NCBI GenBank assembly: GCA_905182145.1
Contig: CAJJAN010000005.1
Span: 1-62,096 of the forward strand
Direction of reading: 5' to 3'
DNA from: an uncultured Pelagibacteraceae bacterium
GTDB taxonomy: Bacteria > Pseudomonadota > Alphaproteobacteria > Pelagibacterales > AG-422-B15
DNA: 62,096 nucleotides
The notes beneath the pieces were generated by a model. That model saw only the letters and a list, made by a program, of their open reading frames with translations, did not search any database and had not been told where the DNA came from. Positions 9,709-23,538 of the stretch are shown here, one piece after another; the first letter of the stretch is position 1; every line of letters begins with the position of its first letter. A program made the position numbers and the translations under genes.

Positions 9709-10631
9709 TTATTCGTTTTAGCCAATGGATGAGTTTTTGTATAGACATTAAGGAGCTGTGAATTTTCAACTTTAGTATATTTTTGTGTTGTTGATAAACT
9801 ACTATGGCCAAGTAACTCTTGAATAGTTCTCAAATCTCCACCATTCTCAAGTAAATGTGTAGCAAATGAGTGTCGCAAAGCATGTGGAGTTGCTGTTTCA
9901 GGTAAGGCTAGTGAAGCCCTAATTTTTTCTAGCGCATATTGAATTATTCTAGGACTAAGTCTTCTTCTTCTCTTACCAATAAACAATGGATCATCATTAG
10001 TAAATTCATAAGGGCATATTTCCATATATTGAATTATGCTTTTTCTTATATAATCCATCATTGGAACCATCCTTTCTTTATTACCTTTCCCTTTTATTAT
10101 TAAATAATCATTATTGGTAAAATCAGAATAATTCAGATTTAGAGCTTCAGATATTCTTAATCCACACCCATACAATAAAATTAAAATTGTTTGGTTACGT
10201 TGTCCTATCCATTTTTCATCGTCAATATTTTTAGCTTCTTTTATAACCTGAATTGCAAGATCTGCAATTATTGGACGGGGTAAACTTTTTTTTTGTTTAG
10301 GTCCTTTTAAGTTAAGTATTGATGAATTATTAATTTTTTTTATTTTTATAAGATAATTAAAAAATGATTTTAATGATGATATTTGCCTAGCTATTGAAAC
10401 ATTGGAATTGCCTAGATTTTTTTGTTCAGCCAAGTACCCTCTAAAACCATTGTTACCTAACTTGTTTAAGTCAATTGCTGTAGGATCATTTCCTAAGTAA
10501 TTTCTTAGAAATAAAATAAATTTTTTGATATCTCTTCTGTAAGCAGCTATTGTATTTTCACTTAATCCTTTGATATTCTTTAAGTTAGCGAGCCATTCTT
10601 GATATTCTTTTTGTAAAATAAATTCTTCCAC
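9705..10631 (-). CDS. Tyrosine site-specific recombinase, XerC/XerD family
   Basis: 308 aa with catalytic region HALRHSFATHLLENGGDLRTIQELLGHSSLSTTQKYT. I cannot separate XerC from XerD by eye. Confidence 0.85.
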   Translation of the reverse strand: MEEFILQKEYQEWLANLKNIKGLSENTIAAYRRDIKKFILFLRNYLGNDPTAIDLNKLGNNGFRGYLAEQKNLGNSNVSIARQISSLKSFFNYLIKIKKINNSSILNLKGPKQKKSLPRPIIADLAIQVIKEAKNIDDEKWIGQRNQTILILLYGCGLRISEALNLNYSDFTNNDYLIIKGKGNKERMVPMMDYIRKSIIQYMEICPYEFTNDDPLFIGKRRRRLSPRIIQYALEKIRASLALPETATPHALRHSFATHLLENGGDLRTIQELLGHSSLSTTQKYTKVENSQLLNVYTKTHPLAKTNK

Positions 10632-10642
10632 TTAAGAATAAA

Positions 10643-11299
10643 TTATAAAATTGACTGCTTAGTCTCAGCCCAGTCTTTAAGAAATGCATCTAAGCCTTTT
10701 TTTGTTAACTCATGTTCATACATTTCCATAAAAACTTTTGGTGGAAGTGTAACTGTATCTGCACCAATAATTGCTGACTTAGCTACATGGTCCAAGCTCC
10801 TAACTGAGGCAACTAAAATCCTAGTGCTAAGCTTGTTATAATTTGAGTAAATAGATTTTATATCTTGAATTAGTTCTAGACCGTTTTCACCTATATCGTC
10901 TAGTCTGCCGATAAATGGAGATATATAGGTAGCACCTGCTTTTGCCGCAATAAGTGCTTGATTTGAAGAAAAACAAAGAGTTACATTAGTGGAAATTTTT
11001 TTCTTAGTAAGAGCAACACATGCCTTGAGACCATCAAATGTTAGAGGTAGCTTAACAACAATATTTTTAGATATTTTTGACAATTTTAAACCTTCATTAA
11101 CCATACCTTCAGTATCAGTAGCGGTAACCTCGGCACTAATTGGACCACTAATAATTGTAGCGATTTTTTCTAAAACGCTAATGAAATCTTGTCCAGATTT
11201 TGCTACAAGTGAAGGGTTTGTTGTAATGCCATCAATGAGACCAGTTTCATTAAGGTCTTTTATAACATCAACTTCTGCTGTATCTAAAAAAAAGTCCAT
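10643..11299 (-). CDS. tal: Transaldolase, short (Fsa/TalC-like) type
   Basis: MDFFLDTA...GITTNPSL N-terminus and KLPLT active-site lysine region. Start set at ATG 11299, which gives a 218-aa product typical of this family. The longer ORF to 11389 would overlap priA. Confidence 0.85.
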   Translation of the reverse strand: MDFFLDTAEVDVIKDLNETGLIDGITTNPSLVAKSGQDFISVLEKIATIISGPISAEVTATDTEGMVNEGLKLSKISKNIVVKLPLTFDGLKACVALTKKKISTNVTLCFSSNQALIAAKAGATYISPFIGRLDDIGENGLELIQDIKSIYSNYNKLSTRILVASVRSLDHVAKSAIIGADTVTLPPKVFMEMYEHELTKKGLDAFLKDWAETKQSIL

Positions 11300-11354
11300 A
11301 ATATTTTGTTTAAATTTACTATTATACTTATAACATGAAAAACAAATAATACAT

Positions 11355-13352
11355 ATGAATTCAGCAACGCATAAAACATATTTTGCCAATGTTTTAGTGG
11401 CTTATCCACTTGATCAAGAATTTACCTATAGCTTTACAGAGGATCAGATAATAAAAGTAGGGACTATTGTCTTGGTGCCATTTAGAAGTAAAAGTTATTT
11501 AGGTGTTGTAAGAAACATAAAAGATAAAACAAATTTTGATCTTAAAAAGATTAAATCAATTAAAGAAACTTCTTCATACTCAATTTCTCAGAAAACAATA
11601 AAATTCTTAGAATGGATAGCGTCATATAATTTAATACCCAAAGGTCTCGTATTAAAAATGATTTTACCTAAAAGTGAAGCTTATTTTTCTGAAGATACTA
11701 TAAGTGAAAGTAATGAAAAAATCATAGTACCCAATGAATTAGAGCTTAATGACACACAGAGTAAAGCAAAAGAAAAAATAGAAGACATCATTTCTAAAAA
11801 TGAATATTCAACAGTTTTGTTAGACGGTATGCCTGGATCAGGAAAAACTGAAGTTTATTTTGACCTAATTGAAAAAAATATAATGAATACAAAACAATCT
11901 TTAATATTATTTCCTGAAGTTTCTTTAACAAATGATTTTATTAAAAGAATCGAAAAAAGATTTGGTTATTTGCCTGATATTTGGCATAGCAAAATTACGC
12001 CTTCTAAAAAGAAAAATATTATTCATAAAATTATTTCTGGAAAGAGTAAGATTGTAATAGGCACTAGATCAGCTTTGTTTTTACCTTATAAAAATCTTGG
12101 TATGTTGATTGTTGATGAGGAGCATGATCCATCATACAAGCAAGAAGAAAAAGGAATATATAATGCCAGAGATATGGCAGTGGTTAGAGCTTCAATTGAA
12201 AAATTTACATTAATACTTGTTAGCGCAACACCTTCTCTTGAGACAATTTACAATATAGATCAGAATAAATATTTTCATGTAAAATTAAAAAATAAATTTT
12301 CAAAAACGCCAGAGCCAAAAATCAAAGTTATTGATATGAAAAAAAGTAAACTTAAAAAAAATAATTGGGTTTCTGATGAATTAAAAAAAGTTATTCAAAA
12401 AAAATTGTCTGATGGAGAACAATCTCTTTTATTTATTAACAAAAGAGGTTACGCACCAATGATTATTTGTAAAAGCTGTGGGCATAAATTTACATGCAAA
12501 AATTGTTCCAGTTATCTAGTTGAACACTTAAAAGATAAAAAGTTATTATGCCACCATTGTGGATATAAATTAGGCTCATTTCAAATTAAATGTCAGAGCT
12601 GTAATAATGAAGATGAATCATTTGTTGACTTTGGTGCAGGTATAGAAAAAATCTACAATGAAATTGCTAGAGATTTTCCAACAGCAAAAATTTGTCTTTT
12701 CTCCAGTGATCATATTAAATCTAGTGAAGATTTGAATGAAAAAGTTGAAAAAATTTATAATAATAAATTTGATATTATTATCGGCACTCAATTAATAACA
12801 AAAGGTTATCACTTCCCATTTCTTACATGTGTTGGCGTAGTTGATGCTGATATGACTTTGAGGGGTGGAGATCTTCGAGCTTCTGAAAAAACTTATCAAA
12901 TGCTCTATCAAGTTGCCGGAAGAGCTGGCCGTGGTGACATACCGGGAGAAGTTTTTTTACAAAGCTATTTTCCAGAAAATGAGACAATTAAAGATCTAGC
13001 AAGCATGGATAGAGAAAAATTTTATAAGAAAGAATTAGGTATTAGAATGAGGGCAAATCTCCCCCCTATTTCTAAAATGGCAGCAATCATTGTTTCTGGT
13101 AGAAATATTTCAGAAGTTCAACAAACTTGTCTTAAGCTTTCCAGAACTATACCTAAAATTGATAATGTTGATTTCTATGGACCAGCTCCAGCCCCCTTAT
13201 CTCGATTGAAGGGCAAACATAGACTAAGGTTCTTAATTCATGAGAAAAAAGGCAGAAAAATACAAAAAATCATTCTGCATTGGTTAGCTAAGGTCTCCCA
13301 GACTTCAAGTGTCACTATTACCACTGATATTGACCCACAAAACTTCACATAA
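11355..13352 (+). CDS. priA: Primosomal protein N' (replication restart helicase)
   Basis: Walker [13 protein letters not shown] box, and double Cys4 zinc cluster CKSCGH..CKNC..CHHCG..CQSC. Confidence 0.9.
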   Translation: MNSATHKTYFANVLVAYPLDQEFTYSFTEDQIIKVGTIVLVPFRSKSYLGVVRNIKDKTNFDLKKIKSIKETSSYSISQKTIKFLEWIASYNLIPKGLVLKMILPKSEAYFSEDTISESNEKIIVPNELELNDTQSKAKEKIEDIISKNEYSTVLLDGMPGSGKTEVYFDLIEKNIMNTKQSLILFPEVSLTNDFIKRIEKRFGYLPDIWHSKITPSKKKNIIHKIISGKSKIVIGTRSALFLPYKNLGMLIVDEEHDPSYKQEEKGIYNARDMAVVRASIEKFTLILVSATPSLETIYNIDQNKYFHVKLKNKFSKTPEPKIKVIDMKKSKLKKNNWVSDELKKVIQKKLSDGEQSLLFINKRGYAPMIICKSCGHKFTCKNCSSYLVEHLKDKKLLCHHCGYKLGSFQIKCQSCNNEDESFVDFGAGIEKIYNEIARDFPTAKICLFSSDHIKSSEDLNEKVEKIYNNKFDIIIGTQLITKGYHFPFLTCVGVVDADMTLRGGDLRASEKTYQMLYQVAGRAGRGDIPGEVFLQSYFPENETIKDLASMDREKFYKKELGIRMRANLPPISKMAAIIVSGRNISEVQQTCLKLSRTIPKIDNVDFYGPAPAPLSRLKGKHRLRFLIHEKKGRKIQKIILHWLAKVSQTSSVTITTDIDPQNFT

Positions 13353-13441
13353 AAAGTACATATGCGACATTCAAGTGCTTGAAAAATACTATACTTAATG
13401 ATACGCAATGACTTTAAATTAATCTAATAAAATAGCCACAA

Positions 13442-13996
13442 ATGTCAAAATCTAGTCATTCAGCTTCAGCATCAAGATATGCCAATGCGCTGTTCCAGTT
13501 GGCTAAAGAAGCGAAGGTATTAGATAGTATTTCTAACGATTTAGATAAAATTATGGAACTCTTGATGTCAGATAAAAATTTTGCATCTTTTATAGAAAAT
13601 CCATCTATTAAAAATATTAATAAATTAAGTTTGTTAGATATGGTGGCCGATAAACTTGAATTATCAAAACTGACAAAAGACTTTATAGGTGTAGTAACTA
13701 AAAAAGGTCGTGTAAGTAATATTAAAGACGTTATAAAAAGCTATAAAGATTTAGTTTCTGATTTTAATGGAATTAAAAATGCTTATGTCTCATCTTCAAA
13801 AGCATTATCTGAAAATCAAATTGATTCTATAAAGCAAAAACTTAGAGAAAAATTTAGCTCAGAATTTATTTTACACACTGATATAGACGAAAGCTTGATT
13901 GCAGGCTTAAAAATAAAAATTGGAAGTCAAATGATTGATAGTACAATCAAAAGTAAATTAAACGCGTTAAAAGCCAAAATGAAAGAGGTAGCATAA
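13442..13996 (+). CDS. atpH: F1 ATP synthase delta (OSCP) subunit
   Basis: 184 aa. It is the first gene of the atpHAGDC order and has the YANALF N-terminal motif. Confidence 0.85.
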   Translation: MSKSSHSASASRYANALFQLAKEAKVLDSISNDLDKIMELLMSDKNFASFIENPSIKNINKLSLLDMVADKLELSKLTKDFIGVVTKKGRVSNIKDVIKSYKDLVSDFNGIKNAYVSSSKALSENQIDSIKQKLREKFSSEFILHTDIDESLIAGLKIKIGSQMIDSTIKSKLNALKAKMKEVA

Positions 13997-15519
13997 TGGA
14001 TATTCAACCATCAGAAATATCAAAGATTTTAAAAGAAGAAATTAAAAATTTTGGATCTGATTCCGAAATACTTGAAGTTGGACAGGTTTTATCTGTTGGA
14101 GACGGTATTGCTAGAGTTTATGGATTAGATAATGTTCAAGCTGGAGAATTGGTTGAGTTTAGTGATGGCACCAAAGGAATGGCACTTAATCTTGAGAGTG
14201 ACAATGTTGGTATAGTCTTATTTGGAAATGACTCAGGAATTAAAGAAGGTGACACGGTTAAAAGAACTAACTCAATTGTAGACGTACCTGTTGGAAAAGA
14301 ACTTTTGGGTCGTGTTGTTGACGCTTTAGGTAATCCAATAGATGGTAAGGGACCAATTAATTCAGATAAAAGATCTCGTATTGAGGTTAAAGCTCCAGGC
14401 ATTATACCAAGACAATCAGTCTCAGAACCAATGCAAACTGGTTTAAAAGCAATTGATAGTTTAATTCCTGTTGGCCGTGGACAACGAGAACTAATTATTG
14501 GAGATAGGCAAACCGGTAAAACAGCAGTAGCAATTGATGCAATTATTAATCAGAAAACAATCAATGAATCTTCTGATGAGTCAAAAAAATTATATTGCTT
14601 CTACGTAGCAATTGGACAAAAAAGATCTACAGTTGCTCAGATTGTTAAGACTTTAGAAGATGCAGGAGCAATGTCATACACTACCGTAATAGCCGCAACG
14701 GCATCAGAATCAGCACCACTTCAATTCTTAGCACCTTATGCTGGATGCTCTATGGCTGAATACTTTAGAGATAATGGTATGCACGCGTTAATTGTTTATG
14801 ATGATTTATCAAAACAGGCTGTTGCTTATCGACAAATGTCATTATTACTTAGAAGACCTCCAGGCCGTGAAGCCTTTCCAGGTGATGTATTTTATCTTCA
14901 TAGTAGACTATTAGAAAGAGCTGCAAAATTAAGTGATAAAAATGGTGGCGGCTCACTTACTGCCTTACCAATTATTGAAACTCAAGCAAATGATGTTAGT
15001 GCATTTATTCCTACTAACGTTATTAGTATCACTGATGGACAAATATTTTTAGAAACAGAATTATTTAACCAAGGTATTAGACCTGCGGTAAATGTTGGCT
15101 TATCTGTATCAAGAGTTGGTTCTGCTGCTCAAACTAAAGCCATGAAAAAAGTTTCTGGATCTATTAAGTTAGAATTAGCCCAATATAGAGAAATGGCTGC
15201 TTTTGCTCAGTTTGGCTCTGATTTAGATGTTTCGACTCAAAATTTATTAAATCGTGGATCAAAATTAACAGAACTTTTAAAACAAGATCAGTATTCTCCA
15301 ATGACTGTTGCTGAACAAGTTATTTCAGTTTTCACAGGAGTAAAAGGATACTTAGATGATCTTGAATTAAATCAAATTAAAGATTTTGAGAGAGATTTTT
15401 TTGCTAAAATAAGTGCATCAAATCCAGAATTAATTGAAAAAGTTAATACAACTGGAATTTTAGATGATGATGCTGAAAGTACATTGATCTCAGTAATTGA
15501 GGAGTTTAAAAAAGCTTAA
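13996..15519 (+). CDS. atpA: F1 ATP synthase alpha subunit
   Basis: Walker A GDRQTGKT and highly conserved alpha-subunit blocks. Confidence 0.97.
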   Translation: MDIQPSEISKILKEEIKNFGSDSEILEVGQVLSVGDGIARVYGLDNVQAGELVEFSDGTKGMALNLESDNVGIVLFGNDSGIKEGDTVKRTNSIVDVPVGKELLGRVVDALGNPIDGKGPINSDKRSRIEVKAPGIIPRQSVSEPMQTGLKAIDSLIPVGRGQRELIIGDRQTGKTAVAIDAIINQKTINESSDESKKLYCFYVAIGQKRSTVAQIVKTLEDAGAMSYTTVIAATASESAPLQFLAPYAGCSMAEYFRDNGMHALIVYDDLSKQAVAYRQMSLLLRRPPGREAFPGDVFYLHSRLLERAAKLSDKNGGGSLTALPIIETQANDVSAFIPTNVISITDGQIFLETELFNQGIRPAVNVGLSVSRVGSAAQTKAMKKVSGSIKLELAQYREMAAFAQFGSDLDVSTQNLLNRGSKLTELLKQDQYSPMTVAEQVISVFTGVKGYLDDLELNQIKDFERDFFAKISASNPELIEKVNTTGILDDDAESTLISVIEEFKKA

Positions 15520-15526
15520 ATATTTC

Positions 15527-17856
<2,330 letters not shown>

Positions 17857-17861
17857 TTAGT

Positions 17862-18245
17862 ATGTCAGAAATATTTAGTATAAAACTTGTTACACCATCT
17901 AAAGTTTTTTTGGAAGCCAATGCATCTTTAGTTACAGTTCCTGCGACTGAAGGTGATATTGGTTTTTTAGCTAATCACGTGAATTTTATTTCCTCTATAA
18001 GACCAGGCTTTATTTCTATAAATCTTGAAAGTGGAGATGAAAAAGTAATATATATTTCTGAAGGCTTTGCTCAATTTAATGATAACAGCTTATTGATAAT
18101 TGCTGTTGAGCTTATAGAAAAAGAGGATTTGAATAGTGATTTTGTAAATCAAAAAATAATTGATCTGCAAAATATGCAAGATTCTAATATTTCAAATATT
18201 AAGCTTCAGAGTAAAATAGATAGCCTTAAATCCTTAAGTTTATAA
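17862..18245 (+). CDS. atpC: F1 ATP synthase epsilon subunit
   Basis: 127 aa, last gene of the F1 operon, with a typical beta-sandwich N-terminus. Confidence 0.85.
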   Translation: MSEIFSIKLVTPSKVFLEANASLVTVPATEGDIGFLANHVNFISSIRPGFISINLESGDEKVIYISEGFAQFNDNSLLIIAVELIEKEDLNSDFVNQKIIDLQNMQDSNISNIKLQSKIDSLKSLSL

Positions 18246-18704
18246 AAAACTATCAAATTCAATAAAGGTTTTTTCATATAGCTCTTTTTTAAACGGAACT
18301 ATTAATTTCATTAATTCCTCTTTATAAGCCCATTTCCAATTTTTAAATTCGGGGTGTTTAGTTTTAATATTTATTTCAGCATCGTCGCCAAAAAAATTAA
18401 GAATAAACCACTGTTGCACTTGACCCTTATATTTTCCCCTCCAAAGTTTTTTTTGTAAATTATTAGGTAAATCATAACTGTACCAATTTTTAGTTTTATC
18501 TAAAATTTTATAATTTGATACTATCCCAGTTTCTTCAGCCAATTCTCTTATGCAAGTTTCTTCAGGAGTTTCATTATTATCTATACCACCTTGTGGCATT
18601 TGCCATGCAGATTCATCTTTATCAAATCTTTGTCCAATAAATATTTTTTTTTCATGATTAATAATAAGCATGCCAACACCACGTCTATAATCTTTAAAAT
18701 CCAT
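18240..18704 (-). CDS. rppH: RNA pyrophosphohydrolase (Nudix)
   Basis: Nudix box GGIDNNETPEETCIRELAEETGI, and a WQMPQGG motif typical of RppH. Confidence 0.8.
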   Translation of the reverse strand: MDFKDYRRGVGMLIINHEKKIFIGQRFDKDESAWQMPQGGIDNNETPEETCIRELAEETGIVSNYKILDKTKNWYSYDLPNNLQKKLWRGKYKGQVQQWFILNFFGDDAEINIKTKHPEFKNWKWAYKEELMKLIVPFKKELYEKTFIEFDSFL

Positions 18705-18705
18705 A

Positions 18706-19851
18706 TTATTTAATAAATTGATCTTTTGTTAAAAGATCTAAAGCATAATCAAGCTGATTATCTATTTCATTATCAGTATCTTTTGATCTTAAAACTTCTA
18801 TATCTGGAGTAATACCTATTTTGTGAATTGAGTCTCCAGACGGTGTGTAGTACAATGCTGTGGTAAGTCTTATAGCACTTCTGTCATTAAGAGGAAAAAC
18901 AGTTTGAACAGAGCCTTTTCCATAAGATTGCTCACCAATAATTATTGCACGTTTATGATCTTGAAGGGCACCAGCTACAATTTCTGATGCAGATGCAGAT
19001 CCACGATTAATCAAAACTATTATTGGTTTATCTTTTGTTAAGTCACCCCGGGTAGCTTTAAATGATCCAATGTCTGATTTATCTTTTCCTTTGGTAGAAA
19101 CTATTTCACCAGAATTTAAAAAACTATCAGTGACTGCAATTGATTGTCCTAACAAGCCGCCAGGATTATTTCTTAGATCTAATACATATCCAACTAATTT
19201 ATCATTCCCAATTTCTGCTTCTAGGTTGTTTATGGCTTTTTTAATACCACGGTCAGCTTGCTCACTAAATGATATTAGTTTTATATAACCTACATTACCT
19301 TCGCGACGAAATTTTACTGCTTCAACAGTAATTATGGCTCGTGTAATAGATATTTCCAGGGGCTCATCTTCACCTTCTCTGGCAATTTTAAGATTTACGG
19401 TTGTTCCAATTAAGCCTCTTAGTTTATCTACTGACTCAGTAAGGCTAAGTCCAAAGATACTTTCATCATCAATATGTGTAATATAGTCACCTGGCTGTAC
19501 TCCTGCTTTTGCACCTGGTGTTCCGTCTATAGGGGATATTATTTTTACATATCCACTTTCTAACGTAACTTCAATTCCAAGCCCACCAAATTTACCATCT
19601 GTCTGCTCTTGCATTTCTTTATAGTTTTCTAAATTCATGTAACTAGAGTGTGGATCAAGAGATTGGAGCATTCCATTAATTGCGGCTTCAATTACGTCTT
19701 CTTCATTAACATCATTTACATAATTTGATCTAATAGTTTCAAAGACGTCACCAAAAGTATTAAGTTTTTTATACAAATTTTCATTATTAGCACTTAGTGA
19801 AAATGAAAATAAAAAGACTGCAAGAAATATATATATTGGTAATTTTTTCAT
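18706..19851 (-). CDS. ctpA: Carboxy-terminal processing protease (S41)
   Basis: Signal peptide, PDZ region and the catalytic block GSASASEI..GEQSYGKG. Confidence 0.85.
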   Translation of the reverse strand: MKKLPIYIFLAVFLFSFSLSANNENLYKKLNTFGDVFETIRSNYVNDVNEEDVIEAAINGMLQSLDPHSSYMNLENYKEMQEQTDGKFGGLGIEVTLESGYVKIISPIDGTPGAKAGVQPGDYITHIDDESIFGLSLTESVDKLRGLIGTTVNLKIAREGEDEPLEISITRAIITVEAVKFRREGNVGYIKLISFSEQADRGIKKAINNLEAEIGNDKLVGYVLDLRNNPGGLLGQSIAVTDSFLNSGEIVSTKGKDKSDIGSFKATRGDLTKDKPIIVLINRGSASASEIVAGALQDHKRAIIIGEQSYGKGSVQTVFPLNDRSAIRLTTALYYTPSGDSIHKIGITPDIEVLRSKDTDNEIDNQLDYALDLLTKDQFIK

Positions 19852-19853
19852 TA

Positions 19854-20282
19854 TTAAGCCTTATGATATGGATGATTAATTTTAATTGTAGTTGCTCTAT
19901 AAATTTGTTCTAAGAGTATTATTGTAGCAAATGAATGAGTTAGTGTCATTGGACTAATTGATAATAGCAAGTTTGCTTTTTTTTTCATTATTTCTGTAAA
20001 ACCATCGGTATTGCCTATAAAGAAATTAATTCGTTTATTGGAACTTTCAAATATTAATTCAGTAAATTTTGCAGTAGTTAACTTTTCCCCTTTTTCATCA
20101 AGTAAAATATTAAAGCTTCCAGAGCCTAATTCCTGATCAAGCTCCTTTAAATTTATTTGTTTTAAATGAATAGGATCAATTACCTTCCTACCAGAAGACT
20201 TGATTCTCTCTAAGTACTTATTGGCTAAGTTTTTTTCAGCATCAAATTTTAATTTGTCTAAGTATAAAACTTGAATTCTCAT
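19854..20282 (-). CDS. rlmH: 23S rRNA (pseudouridine1915-N3)-methyltransferase (SPOUT)
   Basis: 142 aa with a C-terminal EQIYRA..I..HPYHK motif. The conserved rsfS-rlmH pairing supports the call. Confidence 0.8.
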   Translation of the reverse strand: MRIQVLYLDKLKFDAEKNLANKYLERIKSSGRKVIDPIHLKQINLKELDQELGSGSFNILLDEKGEKLTTAKFTELIFESSNKRINFFIGNTDGFTEIMKKKANLLLSISPMTLTHSFATIILLEQIYRATTIKINHPYHKA

Positions 20283-20611
20283 TCACTATAAGACTCTAGA
20301 TCTATGGACCACATTTTTTCAAGATTATAAAATTCTCTAACCTCTTTTTTAAAGATGTGAACAATTATATCTCCACAGTCTATTACGATCCATCCTGTAT
20401 TATTATTCCCTTCTATATTAGCTCCCTTAAAACCAGATTTTTTTAAGCTTCTATATATAGATTGTGAAAGTGCATTCACATGTCGATTAGATGTACCAGT
20501 TGCAAAAATCATGTGACTTGCAATAGATGTTTTTTTTGAAACATCCATAGAAAGTATATTTTCAGCCTTATTAGACTCTAAATCTGTTAATATGCTAGTA
20601 TGATTATCCAA
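20279..20611 (-). CDS. rsfS: Ribosome silencing factor (Iojap)
   Basis: 110 aa, with WIVIDCGDIIVHIF..R.FY.LE..W motifs. It lies between nadD and rlmH. Confidence 0.8.
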   Translation of the reverse strand: MDNHTSILTDLESNKAENILSMDVSKKTSIASHMIFATGTSNRHVNALSQSIYRSLKKSGFKGANIEGNNNTGWIVIDCGDIIVHIFKKEVREFYNLEKMWSIDLESYSE

Positions 20612-20612
20612 T

Positions 20613-21167
20613 TTATTTTTCTAATCTAATTTCTGTAGATGATATGTTTTCGTCAAAGTCTTGAATAAATATCCAACTTGGATTTTTTTCATACAATAGT
20701 CCCCTTGAATTATAATTCAATCTAAATTTTTTATACCTCTTGCCAATGTATCCATTAATTACTTGGTCATCTAAGCCATTACGATTAAAGATAGCAATAG
20801 GAAATTCTTGTATAATATCATCATAGTCTTTCCATTTATCGAGAGATATAAAAGAATCAGCACCCATTAAAAATATAAATTGGTCTGCATTATTTAATTT
20901 AATATACCTAAGGTTATCAATAGCATAATTAGACTTAGTCTTTTCTTCAGTACTTATTATTTCTATATTGTTTTTATCTATTATGTTTTTTGCTTTTTTA
21001 ATTCTCAAATCTAGTGGCAAATATTCCTTACTAGATTTTAATGGATTTTGTTCTGTAATAAGCCAGTAAATCTTATCAAGGTTCAGTAGCTCTATCGCGG
21101 TTAAGCTAATTTTAATATGTCCCAAATGGGCTGGATTAAATGAGCCACCTAAAATTCCAATTTTCAT
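20613..21167 (-). CDS. nadD: Nicotinate-nucleotide adenylyltransferase
   Basis: GGSFNPAHLGH nucleotidyltransferase motif and C-terminal SSTEIR. Confidence 0.85.
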   Translation of the reverse strand: MKIGILGGSFNPAHLGHIKISLTAIELLNLDKIYWLITEQNPLKSSKEYLPLDLRIKKAKNIIDKNNIEIISTEEKTKSNYAIDNLRYIKLNNADQFIFLMGADSFISLDKWKDYDDIIQEFPIAIFNRNGLDDQVINGYIGKRYKKFRLNYNSRGLLYEKNPSWIFIQDFDENISSTEIRLEK

Positions 21168-21172
21168 TTTAA

Positions 21173-22432
21173 TTAAGGCCTTATTTGGCCGTTTCCTTTT
21201 ACAATATATTTATATGTTGTCAGTCCTTCTAAGCCAACTGGTCCTCGCGCATGAAGTCTACCTGTAGAAATTCCAATTTCAGCACCAAGCCCAAATTCTC
21301 CACCATCAGCAAATTGAGTAGATGTATTGTGCATTACAATTGCGCTATCAACCAAATTAAGAAATTTTTCTGCAACTTCTTTATCTTCGGCAATGATACT
21401 TTCAGTATGACCAGATCCATATTCAGCAATATGTTCAACTGCTTCATCCACATTCTTTACTAATTTTATAGCAATAATTGCATCTAAATATTCAGTACTC
21501 CAGTCTACTTCATTGGCATGCAAAATTCGATTGTCAATTTCTTGACTTGCAATATCACCTCTAATTTCACAACCTCCTTCATGTAAATTAGTAACAATCT
21601 TATTTAAATTATCTTTAGCATACGCCTGATCTATTAGGAGGGTTTCAGCTGCACCACAAATTTCTGTTCTTCTTAACTTAGCATTATGTATAATCTTTAA
21701 AGCCGTTTCTAAGTTTGCTGAGTTATTAACATAGATGTGGCAAATACCCTCAAGGTGGCCAATGATAGGTACTCTAGCCATATCTTGAACTTTTTTTACG
21801 AGTCCTTTGCCGCCCCTCGGCACAATAACATCAATTGTATCTGTCATTTCTGCAAGCATATAGTCTACTGCAGCTCTATCGACAGTTTCTACAAGTTGAA
21901 TTGTATCTTTATTTAAATCATTTTTAGTTAATGCTAATTGAATAGCTTTTATTAGGCTTGTATTAGAATTAAAAGATTCTGATCCACCCCTTAATATGGC
22001 TACGTTACCAGCTTTGATGCAGAGAACACTTGCATCAACTGTAACGTTGGGTCTACTTTCATAAATTATTCCAATTACTCCTAACGGTACAGAGACTCTA
22101 TTAATTATAAGGCCATTTGGTCTTTCTGTTTCATACAGCACTCTACCAACAGGATCTGATAATTTAACTATATCTTCAACTGACTTAGCAATATTTTCAA
22201 TTCGCTCATTATCAAGCATTAATCTATTAATCATCACTTTAGATGTATTATTTTTTTTTGCTAAGTTAATATCTTCTTGATTAGCTGAAATAATCTTATC
22301 TTTTTCATCCCTAATACTTTCAGCAATAGACAGTAGAAGATTATTTTTATCTATAGTGGAGAGAGATTTAATTTCTTTACTTGCTTTGACACTTTGTTTA
22401 CCAACATTAGTCATATAATCTCTTATATTCAT
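21173..22432 (-). CDS. proA: Gamma-glutamyl phosphate reductase
   Basis: 419 aa aldehyde-dehydrogenase fold. It overlaps the end of proB. Contains the ICGAAETLL catalytic Cys region. Confidence 0.93.
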   Translation of the reverse strand: MNIRDYMTNVGKQSVKASKEIKSLSTIDKNNLLLSIAESIRDEKDKIISANQEDINLAKKNNTSKVMINRLMLDNERIENIAKSVEDIVKLSDPVGRVLYETERPNGLIINRVSVPLGVIGIIYESRPNVTVDASVLCIKAGNVAILRGGSESFNSNTSLIKAIQLALTKNDLNKDTIQLVETVDRAAVDYMLAEMTDTIDVIVPRGGKGLVKKVQDMARVPIIGHLEGICHIYVNNSANLETALKIIHNAKLRRTEICGAAETLLIDQAYAKDNLNKIVTNLHEGGCEIRGDIASQEIDNRILHANEVDWSTEYLDAIIAIKLVKNVDEAVEHIAEYGSGHTESIIAEDKEVAEKFLNLVDSAIVMHNTSTQFADGGEFGLGAEIGISTGRLHARGPVGLEGLTTYKYIVKGNGQIRP

Positions 22433-23538
22433 AGCAATACCAAGTCATCCTTATGGATCATTTCTTCTCTATAAGAGTAACTTAGAATATTTCCAATTTC
22501 ATTACTTTTATGACCCATTATTTTTTTACCTTCTTCAGAAGAATAGCTAGATAAGCCTATTCCAATCTTATCTTTACTAGAAGATAACACTTCAATAGCA
22601 TCTCCTCTTTCGAACTCGCCATTTACCTCTAGAATTCCAGCTGGTAATAGGCTACTTCCATTTATGAGGGCTTTATTGGCACCGTCATCAATTATCACAG
22701 AACCAACAGTTTGCATTGTTCCTACAATCCATTGTTTTCTTGCTGCAAGTGGAGTTTTATTTGGTGTAAACCATGTGCATGGTCTTCCATTAAACAAAGC
22801 TTGGATTGGATTGTTAATAGTACCATTAGTTATAGCCATATGGCATCCAGCCGATAACGCTGTTTTTGCAGCCATAATTTTAGTTTTCATACCGCCTTTG
22901 CCAGTTTCTGAAATTGATGAACCAGCCATGCTTTCAATTGTTTCATCTATTGATTCAACTGAATCTATTAACTTTAATTCTTCATTATTTTTTGGATCAG
23001 AGGAATAAAGGCCATTTATATTAGATAGAAGAATTAAGCAGTCTGCTCCAGTAATCTGGGCTACTCTAGCTGCTAGTCGATCATTATCGCCATATTTAAT
23101 CTCATTTGTAGCAATTGTATCATTCTCATTTACCACTGGAACAATGTTTAATTTTAATAAATTGTCTATTGTTCTCCTTGCATTAATAGAGCGCCTTCTT
23201 TTCTCAGTATCATCTAAAGTCAATAATATTTGTGATACTTTAGACTCATACTTTTCAAATGCATTTTTAAATGCTGACATTAATTGTATTTGACCTACAG
23301 CGGCAACAGCCTGGTGAATATCTAATCTTAGTTCAGCCATTTCTAAATTTAAATCTTTAGCACCGAATGCTATTGCTCCCGATGAAACAATGATAATTTC
23401 TTTATTTTGACTCTTTAGAAAGTTTACATCTTCAGCAAGTGATATTAACCATTCTTTATTCAACTTATTTGTTTTATTATCAAAAAGAAGAGATGAGCCA
23501 ATCTTAATTACAATTCTCTTTGTATTTTCAATTTTCAT
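22429..23538 (-). CDS. proB: Glutamate 5-kinase (with PUA domain)
   Basis: VIKIGSS N-terminus, an amino-acid kinase fold and a C-terminal PUA-like region. Confidence 0.93.
   Translation of the reverse strand: MKIENTKRIVIKIGSSLLFDNKTNKLNKEWLISLAEDVNFLKSQNKEIIIVSSGAIAFGAKDLNLEMAELRLDIHQAVAAVGQIQLMSAFKNAFEKYESKVSQILLTLDDTEKRRRSINARRTIDNLLKLNIVPVVNENDTIATNEIKYGDNDRLAARVAQITGADCLILLSNINGLYSSDPKNNEELKLIDSVESIDETIESMAGSSISETGKGGMKTKIMAAKTALSAGCHMAITNGTINNPIQALFNGRPCTWFTPNKTPLAARKQWIVGTMQTVGSVIIDDGANKALINGSSLLPAGILEVNGEFERGDAIEVLSSSKDKIGIGLSSYSSEEGKKIMGHKSNEIGNILSYSYREEMIHKDDLVLL

Noticed and set aside
9705-10631. The tyrosine recombinase as a marker of an integrated mobile element.
   Set aside because: Its Xer-type catalytic region and length fit the housekeeping dif recombinase. 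There are no flanking direct repeats or cargo genes, no adjacent tRNA, and no compositional break visible by eye.
10643-11389. Longer N-terminal extensions offered by the ORF track for tal (to 11389), atpG (15497), serA (27813), the prephenate dehydrogenase (35215) and argH (41439, a GTG).
   Set aside because: These extensions overlap the upstream gene or lack similarity to family N-termini. The internal ATG codons give canonical N-termini, namely MDFFLDT, MPSLDDLKKRI, MNKILIAD, MTNKSKFNNIAIIGLG and MSRKKNPILRHRF.
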